Notes: generated by a model not told the origin, from the letters alone. A DNA stretch of 64,000 nucleotides from Syntrophales bacterium (GCA_040767195.1 JAXGPA010000005.1:64001-128000), one strand, 5' to 3'; positions 29,949-40,663 are shown, counted from the stretch's first letter. Numbers and translations: made by a program.

Positions 29949-32873
29949 ATGACGGTCTTGCACCATTTCGATAAAGCGGGGGAGCGGGAAATCCCGGAAC
30001 TGGCCGCCCGGGGGTCCTGGTACCGGCACCGGCAGACGGGCGCGGAGGTCCTTTCCATGGAAACAAGGGATGAAAACAAGGTTTTCGGGGTCACTTTCCG
30101 GACGCCCCCCGCCGACGGAACGGGCCTGCCCCACATCCTCGAGCACGCCGTTCTCTGCGGCTCCCGAAAATATCCTGTCAAGGAACCCTTCGTCGAGATC
30201 CTGAAAGGATCGCTTCAGACGTTCCTCAACGCCTTCACCTATCCCGACAAGACCTGCTATCCCGTTGCGAGCCAGAATCTCAAGGATTTCTACAATCTTG
30301 TCGATGTTTACCTGGACGCCGTGTTTTATCCCCGCCTTTCCCCCCACATCTTCAGTCAGGAGGGCTGGCATTACGAACTGGAGAACGAGGAAGGGCCCCT
30401 GGCCGTCGGGGGGGTCGTCCTGAACGAGATGCGGGGCGCCCATGCCTCTCCGGAGCGTCAGCTGGGCGTCTGGTCCCAGAAATCCCTTTTCCCCGACACG
30501 CCCTACGGGTTCGATTCGGGGGGGGATCCCGAAGAGATACCCCGGCTGACCTACGAAAAATTCATCCGGTTCCACCGCACCTTCTATCACCCCTCGAACG
30601 CCCGGTTCTTTTTTTACGGCGACGACGATCCGGAAAAGCGCCTCTCCATCGTTCACGAATACGTGAAAGACTTCCGCCGCCGGGACGTTCCTTCCGGGGT
30701 TTCCCTCCAGAGGCCCTTTTCGTCGCCCCGGCGGGTCGTCCGGCCCTTCCCCGCCGGGAACGGGATGGCAGCGGCACCCAAGGGGTTCATGACCGTGAAC
30801 TGGCTTCTTTCAGAAACGGGGGATGTGAATCTGAACCTCGCCTTCCACGTTCTTTCCCATATCCTTGTCGGTATGCCCGCCTCGCCGCTCCGGAAGGCCC
30901 TCATCGACTCGGGACTGGGAGAGGATCTCGCCAGTTCAGGCCTGGAGGGGGAACTCAGGCAGCTCTATTTTTCCGTCGGTCTCCGGGGAATGGACCCCGG
31001 GCGGGAGAAGGAGCTGGAGACCCTTATATTCGGGACCCTGGACCGTCTCGTCCGGGACGGCATCGATCCCGCTACCGTGGAGGCCTCCCTCAACACGGTG
31101 GAATTCCGCCTTCGGGAGAACAACACGGGAACGTACCCCCGGGGTCTTGTTCTCATGCTCCGGGCCCTCACCACCTGGCTGTACGACGGCGATCCCTTTC
31201 TTCTCCTTTCCTTCGAAGGACCTCTGGCCGCCCTCCGTTCGGCCCTGGAGAAGAACCCCCGTCACTTTGAAGAACTCATCGCCCGGTGGCTCGTTGACAA
31301 CCGCCACCGGAGCACGGTCCTTCTCGTTCCCGAAGAGGGGCTTGCAAGGAAGGAGGAACAGGCGAGGGAGGACGCCCTTCGCCAGGAGCTGGGACCGATG
31401 AACCGGGAAGAACGGGCCGGAATCATCGCAGAAACGGAAAAACTCCGGGAGGCGCAGAACACCCCTGACCGGCCGGAAGACCTGGCGACGATTCCCGTCC
31501 TCCGCCTGGACGACCTGGACCGCCGGGGCCGGGACATCCCCCTCTCGATCGTGAACCGGGCGGCCCCGACCCTTCTTTTCCATGACATCCAGACGAACGG
31601 GGTCTGCTACGTCGATCTGGCTTTCGACCTCTCCGTCCTTCCCGACGCGCTCCTGACCTGGGTTCCCCTCTTCGGCCGGGCCCTTCTCGAGTCGGGAACG
31701 GAACGGGAGGACGAGGTGCGTCTTTCCCAGCGGATCAGTCGCCTGACAGGGGGGATCCGCACCGCTTTCGTCGCGTCCCAGGGAAGGGACGGGAACGGCC
31801 CCGTCCTCCGCCTCGTCCTTCGCGGAAAAGCCCTGGAGGACAAGATCCCCCACCTGTTCGCCATTTTTGAGGACATCCTCACCATGCCCCGCCTGGATAA
31901 CCGGGAACGTTTCAGGAAAACGGTCCTGGAGCAGAAGGCCCGGATGGAGCAGACACTCATCCCCTCGGGGCACCAGTTCATCAACACCCGTCTTCGCTCC
32001 GCCTTCAACCGGGCCGGGTTCGTGTCGGAGTGCCTTTCCGGCCTGAACCAGGTCCTTTTTCTCAGGGATCTCGCCGGGAGGGTGGATGAGGACTGGCCGT
32101 CCGTTCTGGGATCCCTGCGGCGGATCATGGGTCTTCTGGTGAACGGGAAACGATCCCTTGTCAACGTGACCATGCCCTCGAAGGCCTGGAACGCCCTGGA
32201 GCGGTTAAGCTACGGCCTGACAGCGGCCCTTCCCCCGGGAGAGGAAGAACCGTCCCCCGCGTCCCCGGCGGCCGTCCCGGCTGGGAAAAACGAGGGTTTC
32301 GGGATTCCCGCTTCCGTTTACTACGTGGGGAAGGGGATGAACCTTCACGAGAGAGGGTACGTCTTTCACGGGTCGGCACGGGTCATCAGCCGGTACCTCC
32401 GCAACTCGTGGCTCTGGGACCAGGTCCGGGTCCGGGGGGGTGCGTACGGGGCCTTCTGCCTCTATGACGGTTTCAGCGGTGTGGTGACGCTCCTGTCCTA
32501 CCGGGACCCCCATTTTTCGGGAACGCTCCGTGTCTTCGACGGGGCCGGGGATTTTCTGATAAACACCCCCCTGTCACGGGAAGAACAGGCCAAGGCGATC
32601 ATCGGGGCCATCGGGGACGAGGATTCTTATCTCCTTCCCGATGCTCAAGGGTACACGTCCATGGTTCGCCACCTGGCCGGGGTCACCGGCGAATACCGCC
32701 AGTCGGTCCGCGGGGAGATCTTTTCCACGTCGCCGGATCACTTCAGGGAGTTCGGACGGCATCTGAAGATGCTGAAAGATTTCGGGACTGTTTCGGTTAT
32801 GGGACCGGAGAGGGGGATCCGGGAGGCGTCGGACCGGGAAGCGCTCGGCCTGGCCGTGAGGCCGGTGCTGTAG
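29949..32873 (+). CDS. M16C metallopeptidase (presequence protease PreP/insulinase family)
   Basis: HILEH (HxxEH), GSRKYPVKEPF, LNAFTYPDKT, SGGDP, VRVRGGAYG, SYRDP. Confidence 0.95.
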   Translation: MTVLHHFDKAGEREIPELAARGSWYRHRQTGAEVLSMETRDENKVFGVTFRTPPADGTGLPHILEHAVLCGSRKYPVKEPFVEILKGSLQTFLNAFTYPDKTCYPVASQNLKDFYNLVDVYLDAVFYPRLSPHIFSQEGWHYELENEEGPLAVGGVVLNEMRGAHASPERQLGVWSQKSLFPDTPYGFDSGGDPEEIPRLTYEKFIRFHRTFYHPSNARFFFYGDDDPEKRLSIVHEYVKDFRRRDVPSGVSLQRPFSSPRRVVRPFPAGNGMAAAPKGFMTVNWLLSETGDVNLNLAFHVLSHILVGMPASPLRKALIDSGLGEDLASSGLEGELRQLYFSVGLRGMDPGREKELETLIFGTLDRLVRDGIDPATVEASLNTVEFRLRENNTGTYPRGLVLMLRALTTWLYDGDPFLLLSFEGPLAALRSALEKNPRHFEELIARWLVDNRHRSTVLLVPEEGLARKEEQAREDALRQELGPMNREERAGIIAETEKLREAQNTPDRPEDLATIPVLRLDDLDRRGRDIPLSIVNRAAPTLLFHDIQTNGVCYVDLAFDLSVLPDALLTWVPLFGRALLESGTEREDEVRLSQRISRLTGGIRTAFVASQGRDGNGPVLRLVLRGKALEDKIPHLFAIFEDILTMPRLDNRERFRKTVLEQKARMEQTLIPSGHQFINTRLRSAFNRAGFVSECLSGLNQVLFLRDLAGRVDEDWPSVLGSLRRIMGLLVNGKRSLVNVTMPSKAWNALERLSYGLTAALPPGEEEPSPASPAAVPAGKNEGFGIPASVYYVGKGMNLHERGYVFHGSARVISRYLRNSWLWDQVRVRGGAYGAFCLYDGFSGVVTLLSYRDPHFSGTLRVFDGAGDFLINTPLSREEQAKAIIGAIGDEDSYLLPDAQGYTSMVRHLAGVTGEYRQSVRGEIFSTSPDHFREFGRHLKMLKDFGTVSVMGPERGIREASDREALGLAVRPVL

Positions 32874-33492
32874 TGCCGTTTTCCCGGCCCGCCACGATGA
32901 GCCGGTATTCACCCTGGAACCATTCCCGTTTCAGGAGGCGGTCTTCCAGGACGGCGAGATCCCGCCCCCGGAGGAGCTTGAAGAAGTCCTTCTCGTAGGT
33001 GACCCTCCCGAAATCGATGGTTGTCACGTACTTGAGGCGGGGCTTCACGAGTTCCATGAACCACGACCGTTTCCTGAACATGGTCTGAAAGAAGACCACC
33101 TTTCCCTCGGGATTCAGCCACGGGCCGACCCTGTCCAGCACGAGGGCCTGGTCCCGGAAAAGCATGAAGCTCATGCTGAAGAGGATGTAGTCGAAAAGAG
33201 AGCCGTTGACGGGCGTGAAATCCTCCACCGCCGCATGGTGCACACGGATCTGGTCCGACAGGCCGTATTCCCCGATCAGCTCCCGGCAATGGGCGAGATA
33301 CTTCTCGTTGAGATCGATGCCCTCGATCCGGAGCCCCTTTTCACGGATGAGGGCGTGGTGCTCCCTGATCATGATGCCGTTTCCGATGCCCACGTCGAGG
33401 ATCACCGATCCCCGGGGAAAGTATTCGAGGCAGTTTCCGTAGCAGAGATTGGTGACGCCGTCGATGAAAAAGGCGTACAAGTGATTTTTCAT
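32797..33492 (-). CDS. Class I SAM-dependent methyltransferase
   Basis: ILDVGIGNG motif I, GIDLN, FDYILFS; 3' end overlaps the peptidase gene convergently. Confidence 0.85.
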   Translation of the reverse strand: MKNHLYAFFIDGVTNLCYGNCLEYFPRGSVILDVGIGNGIMIREHHALIREKGLRIEGIDLNEKYLAHCRELIGEYGLSDQIRVHHAAVEDFTPVNGSLFDYILFSMSFMLFRDQALVLDRVGPWLNPEGKVVFFQTMFRKRSWFMELVKPRLKYVTTIDFGRVTYEKDFFKLLRGRDLAVLEDRLLKREWFQGEYRLIVAGRENGTTAPASRPGRALPGPTPPGSPSPVP

Positions 33493-33698
33493 GCCCGTCT
33501 CCGGAAGAGTCTCACGATCCGCCGACACCTCCTGGGGATGCCGGGGACAATGAGCGCATTAAAATCATCTACCACAGATCCCCGGGATGAACAATAAAAA
33601 AGGGCCGTTGATTGTTGCGGGGATACGGACCGGACCTGAATCCGCTTTCGACGGGGACGCCGCGACCCGCCGCCGCTGCGGGAGTGACGGCCGAGGCT

Positions 33699-34847
33699 TC
33701 AGATGTAGTTGTGCATGATCCGGTGAAGGTCCCGGTCCAGTTCTCCCGGGTCTCCCGCCTTGTACCCGTCTATGGCCCCCTTGAGAATGCCGTAGACCCG
33801 GCGGTCGGACAGGTCCTCGAGACTCCGGTAGATGCCTTTCCGTCTTCCCAGGCGGTAGACCAGGCGGTCGTCCTCGGGAAGGGCGAAATAGCCGTCGATG
33901 ATGCCGAGAAGCCTGTCCCGTTCTTCGGGGAGCTTCCCCTCCAGTTCCTCCAGGAGATTCAGGATGTGATCGCTTACGACACGGCTCTCGATGCCCTCCA
34001 GGTTCGCGATGAGAAGACGGATTTCCCGGACCACTTCCTCGTCGTGGAGGGGGGTGAACAGGCCCTCCTTCATCATGCCGTAGAGCGCCGTGCCTCTTCT
34101 GACCTGGAGAGATCGGAGCCGAATGAAATCGGGGTTAATGGCGTTGAGCACCCGTGCCGTTTCCAGGGCATTTTCCCGGGACCAGCGGGTTCCCCCCAGC
34201 CCGGGGATGATGTACTCGGAAAGGGAAAGGCCCGACGCGACGATGCGACGGCCCCCCTCGATGTGCTCCTCCGCTGTGACGCCCTTCCTGATGAACTCGA
34301 GGACGGGGTCGTAGCCTGATTCCAGGCCGATGTGAATCCGGTTGAGCCCCGCTTCCTTGAGCCTCCGGAATTCTTCTACCGATTTCCGGCAGGCCGTCTT
34401 GGAACGGCAGTAGGATGTGATCCGGGTGACCTGGGGGAACGTCTCCCTGAGATAAGTGAGGATGTCGACCAGATCATCCGTTTTCACGATGATCGAGTTG
34501 GCGTCCTGGAGAAAGACCGACTCCCCCCCATAATAGAGCCAGGCGGCGATGCTCCTGTAGGAATCGTTGTACAGGCCTTCGTTACGGAAAATTCCGTCGA
34601 TCACCGCTTCGGAAACGGCTCCGCCTTCCCCCATTTTCCAGGAGATTCGCCCGATGTCGTCGGCGATCCGCCGGGCCTCGTCGATATCCTTCCGGACATC
34701 TTCAACGGATCGGAGGCCGAACTTCCGGTCGTGATAGGAATGGCAGAAGGCGCACTTGTTCCACGGGCAGTTCCGGGTCACCCGGAGAAGAAGGCTCTTT
34801 GCCTCGCTGGGCGGCCGGATAGGGCCCTGTTCGAAAGAAAAATTCAT
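33699..34847 (-). CDS. Radical SAM protein of unknown function
   Basis: RPPSEA.S..LRVT, CPWNKCAFC (CX4CX2C), FLQDAN, GLESG, SDH..N. Confidence 0.9.
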   Translation of the reverse strand: MNFSFEQGPIRPPSEAKSLLLRVTRNCPWNKCAFCHSYHDRKFGLRSVEDVRKDIDEARRIADDIGRISWKMGEGGAVSEAVIDGIFRNEGLYNDSYRSIAAWLYYGGESVFLQDANSIIVKTDDLVDILTYLRETFPQVTRITSYCRSKTACRKSVEEFRRLKEAGLNRIHIGLESGYDPVLEFIRKGVTAEEHIEGGRRIVASGLSLSEYIIPGLGGTRWSRENALETARVLNAINPDFIRLRSLQVRRGTALYGMMKEGLFTPLHDEEVVREIRLLIANLEGIESRVVSDHILNLLEELEGKLPEERDRLLGIIDGYFALPEDDRLVYRLGRRKGIYRSLEDLSDRRVYGILKGAIDGYKAGDPGELDRDLHRIMHNYI

Positions 34848-34960
34848 CGTTTATTCAACCTTGAAGATTGTTTTTTCATTACTTTTACGAATAATAATCA
34901 TGGAATGGCCCATTGGCAAGGCTGCCCCGCCCCGATGGGCAAAAGGAGGTACCGGGGTTT

Positions 34961-35491
34961 TCAGGCCAGTGACTTCAGGGTTTCGGCAAACACCTGGTAG
35001 GTTTTATCGTCGAAAAGGACGAACCGGACCTCTTCGATCCCGTCCTCTTCCCTCAGAAAATCCATGACCGTTCCGAGGGCGATCCGCGCCCCTTCTTCCG
35101 GCGGGTAGCCGTAGACGCCCATGCTGATCGCCGGAAAGGAAAGGCTTTTCAACCCTCTTTCGGAGGCCCTCTTCAGACTTTCCCGGTAGGCGCTTCTCAG
35201 GAGGGCCGCCTCCCCATGGGTGCCGCCCCGATACACCGGTCCCACGGTGTGGATCACGTACCGGGCCTTCAGGTTTCCCCCGGTAGTCACCACGGCCTGG
35301 CCGGTGGGACAGAATCCGATCCTCCGGCACGCTTCCATGATGGCCGGCCCCCCGGCCCGGTGAATGGCCCCGTCGACACCGCCGCCGCCCCGGAGTCCCG
35401 AGTTGGCGGCGTTGACCAGGGCGTCCGTCGTTTCTTTCGTGATGTCACCCTGGACAAGGGACAGGGTGGCTTTGTTGACGGTAACTTTCAT
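34961..35491 (-). CDS. Macrodomain O-acetyl-ADP-ribose deacetylase (YmdB-like)
   Basis: GDIT, VNAAN, GGGGVDGAIHRAGG, VIHTVGP, FPAISMGVYG; GGAGGT RBS before the ATG at 35491. Confidence 0.93.
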   Translation of the reverse strand: MKVTVNKATLSLVQGDITKETTDALVNAANSGLRGGGGVDGAIHRAGGPAIMEACRRIGFCPTGQAVVTTGGNLKARYVIHTVGPVYRGGTHGEAALLRSAYRESLKRASERGLKSLSFPAISMGVYGYPPEEGARIALGTVMDFLREEDGIEEVRFVLFDDKTYQVFAETLKSLA

Positions 35492-35525
35492 GACATCACC
35501 TCCCCCGTTCGCTCTGGCTGCTTTT

Positions 35526-37136
35526 TCACGGCGCCGGTTCATCATGCCCGGGAGGCCCGCCGTCGCGAACCCGGGTCCCTTCGCCGAAAACGAGCATCCG
35601 GTAGGTCTTTTCGATCCGGTCCCAGTTTTCCTCCCGGTCCATGGACCAGAAACGGCCGATGACGGAGACGAGTTTACCCAGTTTTTTATCAAGGCACCGG
35701 CGTTCGATGGTTTCGGTGTATTCGGCCCCGCTTTCCGGCCGTTCCCCCCGCCGGCCGAGCATGGCGTGGATGAACACCCGGCTTGGGCCTTCCCGGGCCG
35801 CCAGGTCGAGAAGCCCGTGGAGGTAGTCCATGGAGCCGTGGGAGCTGAAAAAGGAAACGATCCCCATGAGGTGAAGGGCCTTTTCCCGCTCCCGGGCTTC
35901 CCGGCAGGCTCTCAAAAAGGCGGGCCTTTGGAAGAAGGTCCCGTCCTCCAGGGATTTTCCTATAAGAACCCGGTCCGACGGGACGACCCGTCCCGAGCCG
36001 ATGTGCAGATGGCCCGCTTCCGAGTTTCCCACCGTTCCCGGGGGGAGCCCGACGGCCTCTCCCGACGCCTCGAGGATGGACAGGCCGCCCGTTGCCTCAA
36101 GTTCGTCCATGACGGGTGTTCTTGCCCGGGCGATCAGGTTACCCTCGGGGTTTTCCCGGCGTCCCCACCCGTCCAGGATGAGGAAGAGGACTTTCCGCCT
36201 CGCCCCCGCCGGGACGGCTCCTTCCATGAGGGTTTCCCCCGTCATGGTCGACGGTGCGGGAAGGCCCAGGAGATGCAGGACCGTCGGGGCGACATCGATA
36301 AGGGTGCCTCTTTTTCGCATCGCCAGCGGGCCCTGGGGATGGCGGACGAAAAAGGGGACCGGCGAGTCGGTGTGCCCTGTGTCGACGGTCCCGTCGGGGT
36401 AGAGCCATTTTTCCACCGTGCCGTGATCGGCCGTGACGATGACGATCCAGTTTCTTTCCCGGGCGGCCCTGATGACCTGCCCGGCGCAGCGGTCCACGGT
36501 CTCCACGGATTTCAGGACCGCTGCCTCGTTTTCGATGTGGCCCACCACGTCCACATTGGGAAAGTTGACCATGATAAAAGGGCTTTCCCCTTTTTCGATC
36601 TCCGCCAGGACGGTCCCCGTCACGTCCCCGATGGACATCTCCGGGGCTTCGTCGAAAAGGGGCACGTCCTTTCGCGTGGGGATGACGATCCGCCTTTCCC
36701 CGGGGAAAAGGCGATGGGACTTGCCGTTGAGAAAATACCCCAGGTGGGTCGCTTTTTCCGCCTCGGTGATCTTGAGAACCCCCACGCCGTGGGTGGCGAG
36801 GACCTCGACGAGGGTGTCCCGCAGGTCTTCCACGGGGGGAAAAGCGACGTCCACGGGAAGGTCCCGGGCGTATTCGATCATGGTGCAGAATCGAAGCTGA
36901 AGATCCGTCCCGGTGGAAAAGGCCGTGAAACCGGGTTCGGTGAGGCTCCGGGTCAGCTCGATTTCACGCTCGCCCCGGATGTTGTAAAAAATGACCGAGT
37001 CCCCCGGCGCGATTCTGCCGACGGGCGTTCCCGACCCGTCCTCCAGGACAAGGGGGCGCAGGGTCTCGTCGTCCTCACCGTTCCGGTAAGCCCGTCGAAC
37101 GGCCCGGGCGAGGGGAAAGGCATATTCCTTTTTCAT
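35526..37136 (-). CDS. gpmI: 2,3-bisphosphoglycerate-independent phosphoglycerate mutase homolog, circularly permuted
   Basis: All iPGM signature blocks are present (ILDGWG, GNSEAGH, GRFWSMDR, N.R..R, EK..H, NFPN.D.VGH, TADHG, HT, DVAPT) but in swapped half order. Confidence 0.85.
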   Translation of the reverse strand: MKKEYAFPLARAVRRAYRNGEDDETLRPLVLEDGSGTPVGRIAPGDSVIFYNIRGEREIELTRSLTEPGFTAFSTGTDLQLRFCTMIEYARDLPVDVAFPPVEDLRDTLVEVLATHGVGVLKITEAEKATHLGYFLNGKSHRLFPGERRIVIPTRKDVPLFDEAPEMSIGDVTGTVLAEIEKGESPFIMVNFPNVDVVGHIENEAAVLKSVETVDRCAGQVIRAARERNWIVIVTADHGTVEKWLYPDGTVDTGHTDSPVPFFVRHPQGPLAMRKRGTLIDVAPTVLHLLGLPAPSTMTGETLMEGAVPAGARRKVLFLILDGWGRRENPEGNLIARARTPVMDELEATGGLSILEASGEAVGLPPGTVGNSEAGHLHIGSGRVVPSDRVLIGKSLEDGTFFQRPAFLRACREAREREKALHLMGIVSFFSSHGSMDYLHGLLDLAAREGPSRVFIHAMLGRRGERPESGAEYTETIERRCLDKKLGKLVSVIGRFWSMDREENWDRIEKTYRMLVFGEGTRVRDGGPPGHDEPAP

Positions 37137-37334
37137 CTGTGTCTGCCTCGCTCTTTTGCGGTTACCCTATGCGATACCGGGTAAATTGTAAAGGCCGACG
37201 GCGGGGACGGGGGTTTTTTATTGAAACTTCCTGTTATCCATGTTACACAACGGTTTTTTTTAAATAAAATGAACTTTCGACGAAACCCTTGAGAAGGGGT
37301 TTTACAAAAAAGCGGAGACGGGGCAGTATAAAAA

Positions 37335-37748
37335 ATGACCCGTGAAAAAAGCTACAAGCAGACAAAGGAAGACATTCTCCGGGAACGGGCCCAGGTTCTG
37401 GCCCGGGCGGGCGAGAGCGTTCACGCGGCCCTGGAGAGGCTGAAAATCCTCGAGCAGGAAATCGACGACAAAACGGCCCTTTACCGGAGAGCGGAGGCCC
37501 GGTCCTCTTCCGGCGATCCCGTCCGCCCCAGGCTTCACAGGTTCCTGGAACGCCTCCTGGAGGAGATCAATCTCGGGGTCGCGGGGTACAATGAAGAAAG
37601 GGAATACGCCAAGGTGCGTTATTATTATCTCATCGTCACCCGGGAGGCCATGGGCCTCAGAAGGCACCAGACGGTGGAGGAAGTTTACCGCATTCCGGAA
37701 AAAAAGCGATATCTTGAAAGGCCCCCATGGATCCATACGAAAAAATGA
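37335..37748 (+). CDS. Hypothetical helical protein
   Basis: 137-aa ORF after an AT-rich promoter region; overlaps the pcm start. Confidence 0.7.
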   Translation: MTREKSYKQTKEDILRERAQVLARAGESVHAALERLKILEQEIDDKTALYRRAEARSSSGDPVRPRLHRFLERLLEEINLGVAGYNEEREYAKVRYYYLIVTREAMGLRRHQTVEEVYRIPEKKRYLERPPWIHTKK

Positions 37749-38392
37749 GAAAGAAGATGGTGGATTCCCAGCTTCGCTCCCGGGGTGTCCGGGACGAGCG
37801 GGTTCTCCGGGCGATGGAGAAAATTCCCCGGCATCTCTTTGTCGAGGAGGGGCTTCGGGACCAGGCCTATTCGGATCATCCTCTGCCCATCGGTGAACGG
37901 CAGACCATTTCTCAACCCTACATCGTCGCTCTCATGACGGAGGCCCTCTCTCTCGAGGGGACGGAAAAGATTCTTGAAGTCGGGACAGGGTCGGGGTATC
38001 AGGCGGCGGTCCTGGCGGAACTCGCCGACAGGGTCTTCTCCATCGAGCGCATAGTGAAAATGGCCGACCGGGCAAGAAGAATTCTCGGCGCCCTCCGCTA
38101 CAGCAACGTTCTCATCAAGGTGGGCGACGGCACCTACGGCTGGAAGGACGAGGCCCCTTTCGACGGCATCATCGTCACCGCCGGGGCCCCGAAAGTGCCC
38201 GAGACGCTCGTGGCACAGCTTGCCGTGGGGGGACGGCTGGTCATTCCCGTCGGGGACCGGTTCACCCAGACGCTTTTTCGGGTGGTGCGCCGGTCCGAAG
38301 AACCGGGGGACGTGGTAAAAGAAGACCTGGGAGGATGCCGGTTCGTGGATCTCATAGGGGATCATGGATGGAAAAACGACAGCCAGCTTTGA
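37727..38392 (+). CDS. pcm: Protein-L-isoaspartate O-methyltransferase
   Basis: [42 protein letters not shown]. Confidence 0.96.
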   Translation: MDPYEKMRKKMVDSQLRSRGVRDERVLRAMEKIPRHLFVEEGLRDQAYSDHPLPIGERQTISQPYIVALMTEALSLEGTEKILEVGTGSGYQAAVLAELADRVFSIERIVKMADRARRILGALRYSNVLIKVGDGTYGWKDEAPFDGIIVTAGAPKVPETLVAQLAVGGRLVIPVGDRFTQTLFRVVRRSEEPGDVVKEDLGGCRFVDLIGDHGWKNDSQL

Positions 38393-38970
38393 TGCGAAGG
38401 CTCTATGACTGGGTCCTTCACTTCGCCGAAACCCCTTTCGGAACCTGGGCCCTCTTTCTCCTCGCGTTTGCCGAATCGAGCTTCTTTCCCATTCCGCCGG
38501 ACGTTCTCCTCATCGCCCTGGCCCTGGCGATCCCGGCCCGGGCGTTCCGGTATGCCGCCGTCTGCACCGCCGGTTCCGTTCTCGGCGGCATGCTCGGGTA
38601 TGTCATCGGTTACGGTTTCATGGAAGCGGTGGGATTCAGGATTCTCGAATTCTACGGTCTCTCGGATAAGTTCGGCGTCATCGGCGGGCTTTACAACCAA
38701 TACAGCGCCTGGGTGGTGGGTATCGCGGGGTTTACCCCCATCCCCTACAAGGTGTTCACCATTGCCGGCGGGGCTTTTAAAATCCACTTCCCCGTCTTCG
38801 TCGCCGCGTCCGTCGTCAGCCGGGGCGCCCGTTTTTTTCTTGTGGGCTGGCTGATACACCGTTACGGGGAGCCGATAAAAACCTTCATGAACCGGTATTT
38901 CAATCTTCTCACCATTCTTTTCACGGTTCTCCTCGTGGGGGGGTTCGTCCTCCTGCGCTGGTTCTTCTGA
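38392..38970 (+). CDS. YqaA/DedA (VTT domain) membrane protein
   Basis: ESSFFPIPPD, GFTPIPYKVFT, SRGARF; TGATG overlap with pcm. Confidence 0.9.
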   Translation: MRRLYDWVLHFAETPFGTWALFLLAFAESSFFPIPPDVLLIALALAIPARAFRYAAVCTAGSVLGGMLGYVIGYGFMEAVGFRILEFYGLSDKFGVIGGLYNQYSAWVVGIAGFTPIPYKVFTIAGGAFKIHFPVFVAASVVSRGARFFLVGWLIHRYGEPIKTFMNRYFNLLTILFTVLLVGGFVLLRWFF

Positions 38971-38991
38971 AAGGCGGCAATAGACGGGAGC

Positions 38992-39783
38992 ATGGAAGGT
39001 GCCATGCGACATTGCATCATCATCGTCCTTTCCCTCGTTCTCATGGCCTGCTCGGGACCCGGGGAGAGGTCCGGGGAGCCGGGGACGGGCGTCTACCACT
39101 GCGTCGAGGCGGGGGAAACGCTCTGGTCCATCGCCCGTCTCTATGGCCAGGACGCGGCCACCCTGGCCCGGGTGAACGGCATCGACGATCCCGCCTCCCT
39201 GCCTGTCGACACCGTTCTTTTTGTGCCCGGGGCGGGCCGAACGCTTGCCGGGGAAAGCGACGGGGAAGAACCGCCGGACCGGCCGGCGGCGAAAGAGTCG
39301 GCAAAAGCGCCGCCGGAAAAACGGACCTCCCCCGGAGCCGGAGCCGGGGCGCCCGGGGAGAAGAAAAAAAAGACCGTTTCCCCACCGCCGGCCCTCAAGG
39401 GGTCCCCGTTCATCTGGCCCGTCGAAGGACCGGTCCTTTCCACCTTCGGCCGGCAGTCCGACGGCATGGTCTACAACGGCATACGGATCGGGGGCAAGGA
39501 GGGCGCTTCGGTGAAGGCTTCCGCATCGGGGACGGTGATCCACTCGGCGACGCTGAAGTATTACGGGGAAACGGTGATTCTCAAGCACGGGGACGGTTAC
39601 TGCACCGTCTATGCCCACCTGAAGGACAGGCGGGTCAAGGCGGGGGACCGGATACGCCAGGGCGAACCCATCGCCCGTGTCGGGACGGACGAAAAGAAGG
39701 GCATTCCCTGCCTCCATTTCGAGATACGGAAGGGAAACCGGCCGAGAGACCCCCTGAAATACCTTTCTTCCCGCGAAGGGTGA
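38992..39783 (+). CDS. LysM + peptidase M23 lipoprotein (NlpD-like)
   Basis: LMAC lipobox, GETLWSIA LysM, WPVEG, YAHL, LHFEIR. Confidence 0.9.
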   Translation: MEGAMRHCIIIVLSLVLMACSGPGERSGEPGTGVYHCVEAGETLWSIARLYGQDAATLARVNGIDDPASLPVDTVLFVPGAGRTLAGESDGEEPPDRPAAKESAKAPPEKRTSPGAGAGAPGEKKKKTVSPPPALKGSPFIWPVEGPVLSTFGRQSDGMVYNGIRIGGKEGASVKASASGTVIHSATLKYYGETVILKHGDGYCTVYAHLKDRRVKAGDRIRQGEPIARVGTDEKKGIPCLHFEIRKGNRPRDPLKYLSSREG

Positions 39784-39900
39784 CCGTCCTGTCGATAGAG
39801 GAGAAAGCGCTTTTTTACGGCCGGCCATGGCCCAAACTCATTATCAAAATAAAACGGCCCATTCAACCGGGGCGAGTCAACAAACATTATAGGAGAAGAG

Positions 39901-40566
39901 ATGAAGCTTGATGAAAATCTTTACGTTTACGAGTGGACCGATTTCATGGAAAACAACTGCAACAGCTATTACATCGGGGGTCCTGGGATTCTCATCGACC
40001 CCGGGCTGAAAAAATTCTTTCCCGATCTCCTGGAGCGGATGGGGGAAGACGGGATTGGGGAAGAAGAAATCCGCTATGTTCTGAACACCCACTCCCACCC
40101 CGATCACTTCGAAGCGTCGGTGCTCTTCAACGGCAACGGTCAGGTTAAAACGGGACTGAGCCCGGAAGAGAGAACCTTTCACGAGGCGTCGGGAAAACTT
40201 CTTTACAGCTGGTTCGGCCTCGACCTTCCCGAGGTGGACATCGATCTGGATCTTCCTGAAGGCCCGCTGGTCCTGGATGGCGAGTCCTTCCAGGTCCTCC
40301 TGACTCCCGGTCACTCCCCCGGTCATGTCTGTCTCTACTGGCCCGGGCGAAAAGCCCTTTTCTGCGGAGACGTCATTTTCAACCAGAACGTGGGCCGGAC
40401 CGATTTCCCCGGAGGAAACGGCGAGCACCTCAAGCGAAGCATCCTCCGCCTTTCACAGCTGGATGTGGAGCACCTCCTCCCGGGGCACATGGATATCATC
40501 ACGGGCAAGGAACGGGTCCGGAAGAACTTCCGCCAGGTCATCGAGTTCGTTTTCCCGTACATTTGA
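39901..40566 (+). CDS. MBL-fold metallo-hydrolase
   Basis: THSHPDH, TPGHSPG, GD, PGH. Confidence 0.9.
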   Translation: MKLDENLYVYEWTDFMENNCNSYYIGGPGILIDPGLKKFFPDLLERMGEDGIGEEEIRYVLNTHSHPDHFEASVLFNGNGQVKTGLSPEERTFHEASGKLLYSWFGLDLPEVDIDLDLPEGPLVLDGESFQVLLTPGHSPGHVCLYWPGRKALFCGDVIFNQNVGRTDFPGGNGEHLKRSILRLSQLDVEHLLPGHMDIITGKERVRKNFRQVIEFVFPYI

Positions 40567-40663
40567 TGACCCCCGGAAGGAAAACGCAAAAGCATTTGAC
40601 GGATGGGAGAAAAAGGGATATGGTGCCCTTCTTTGAAAATTAAAGAAAAGGAGCAGTACTTTC

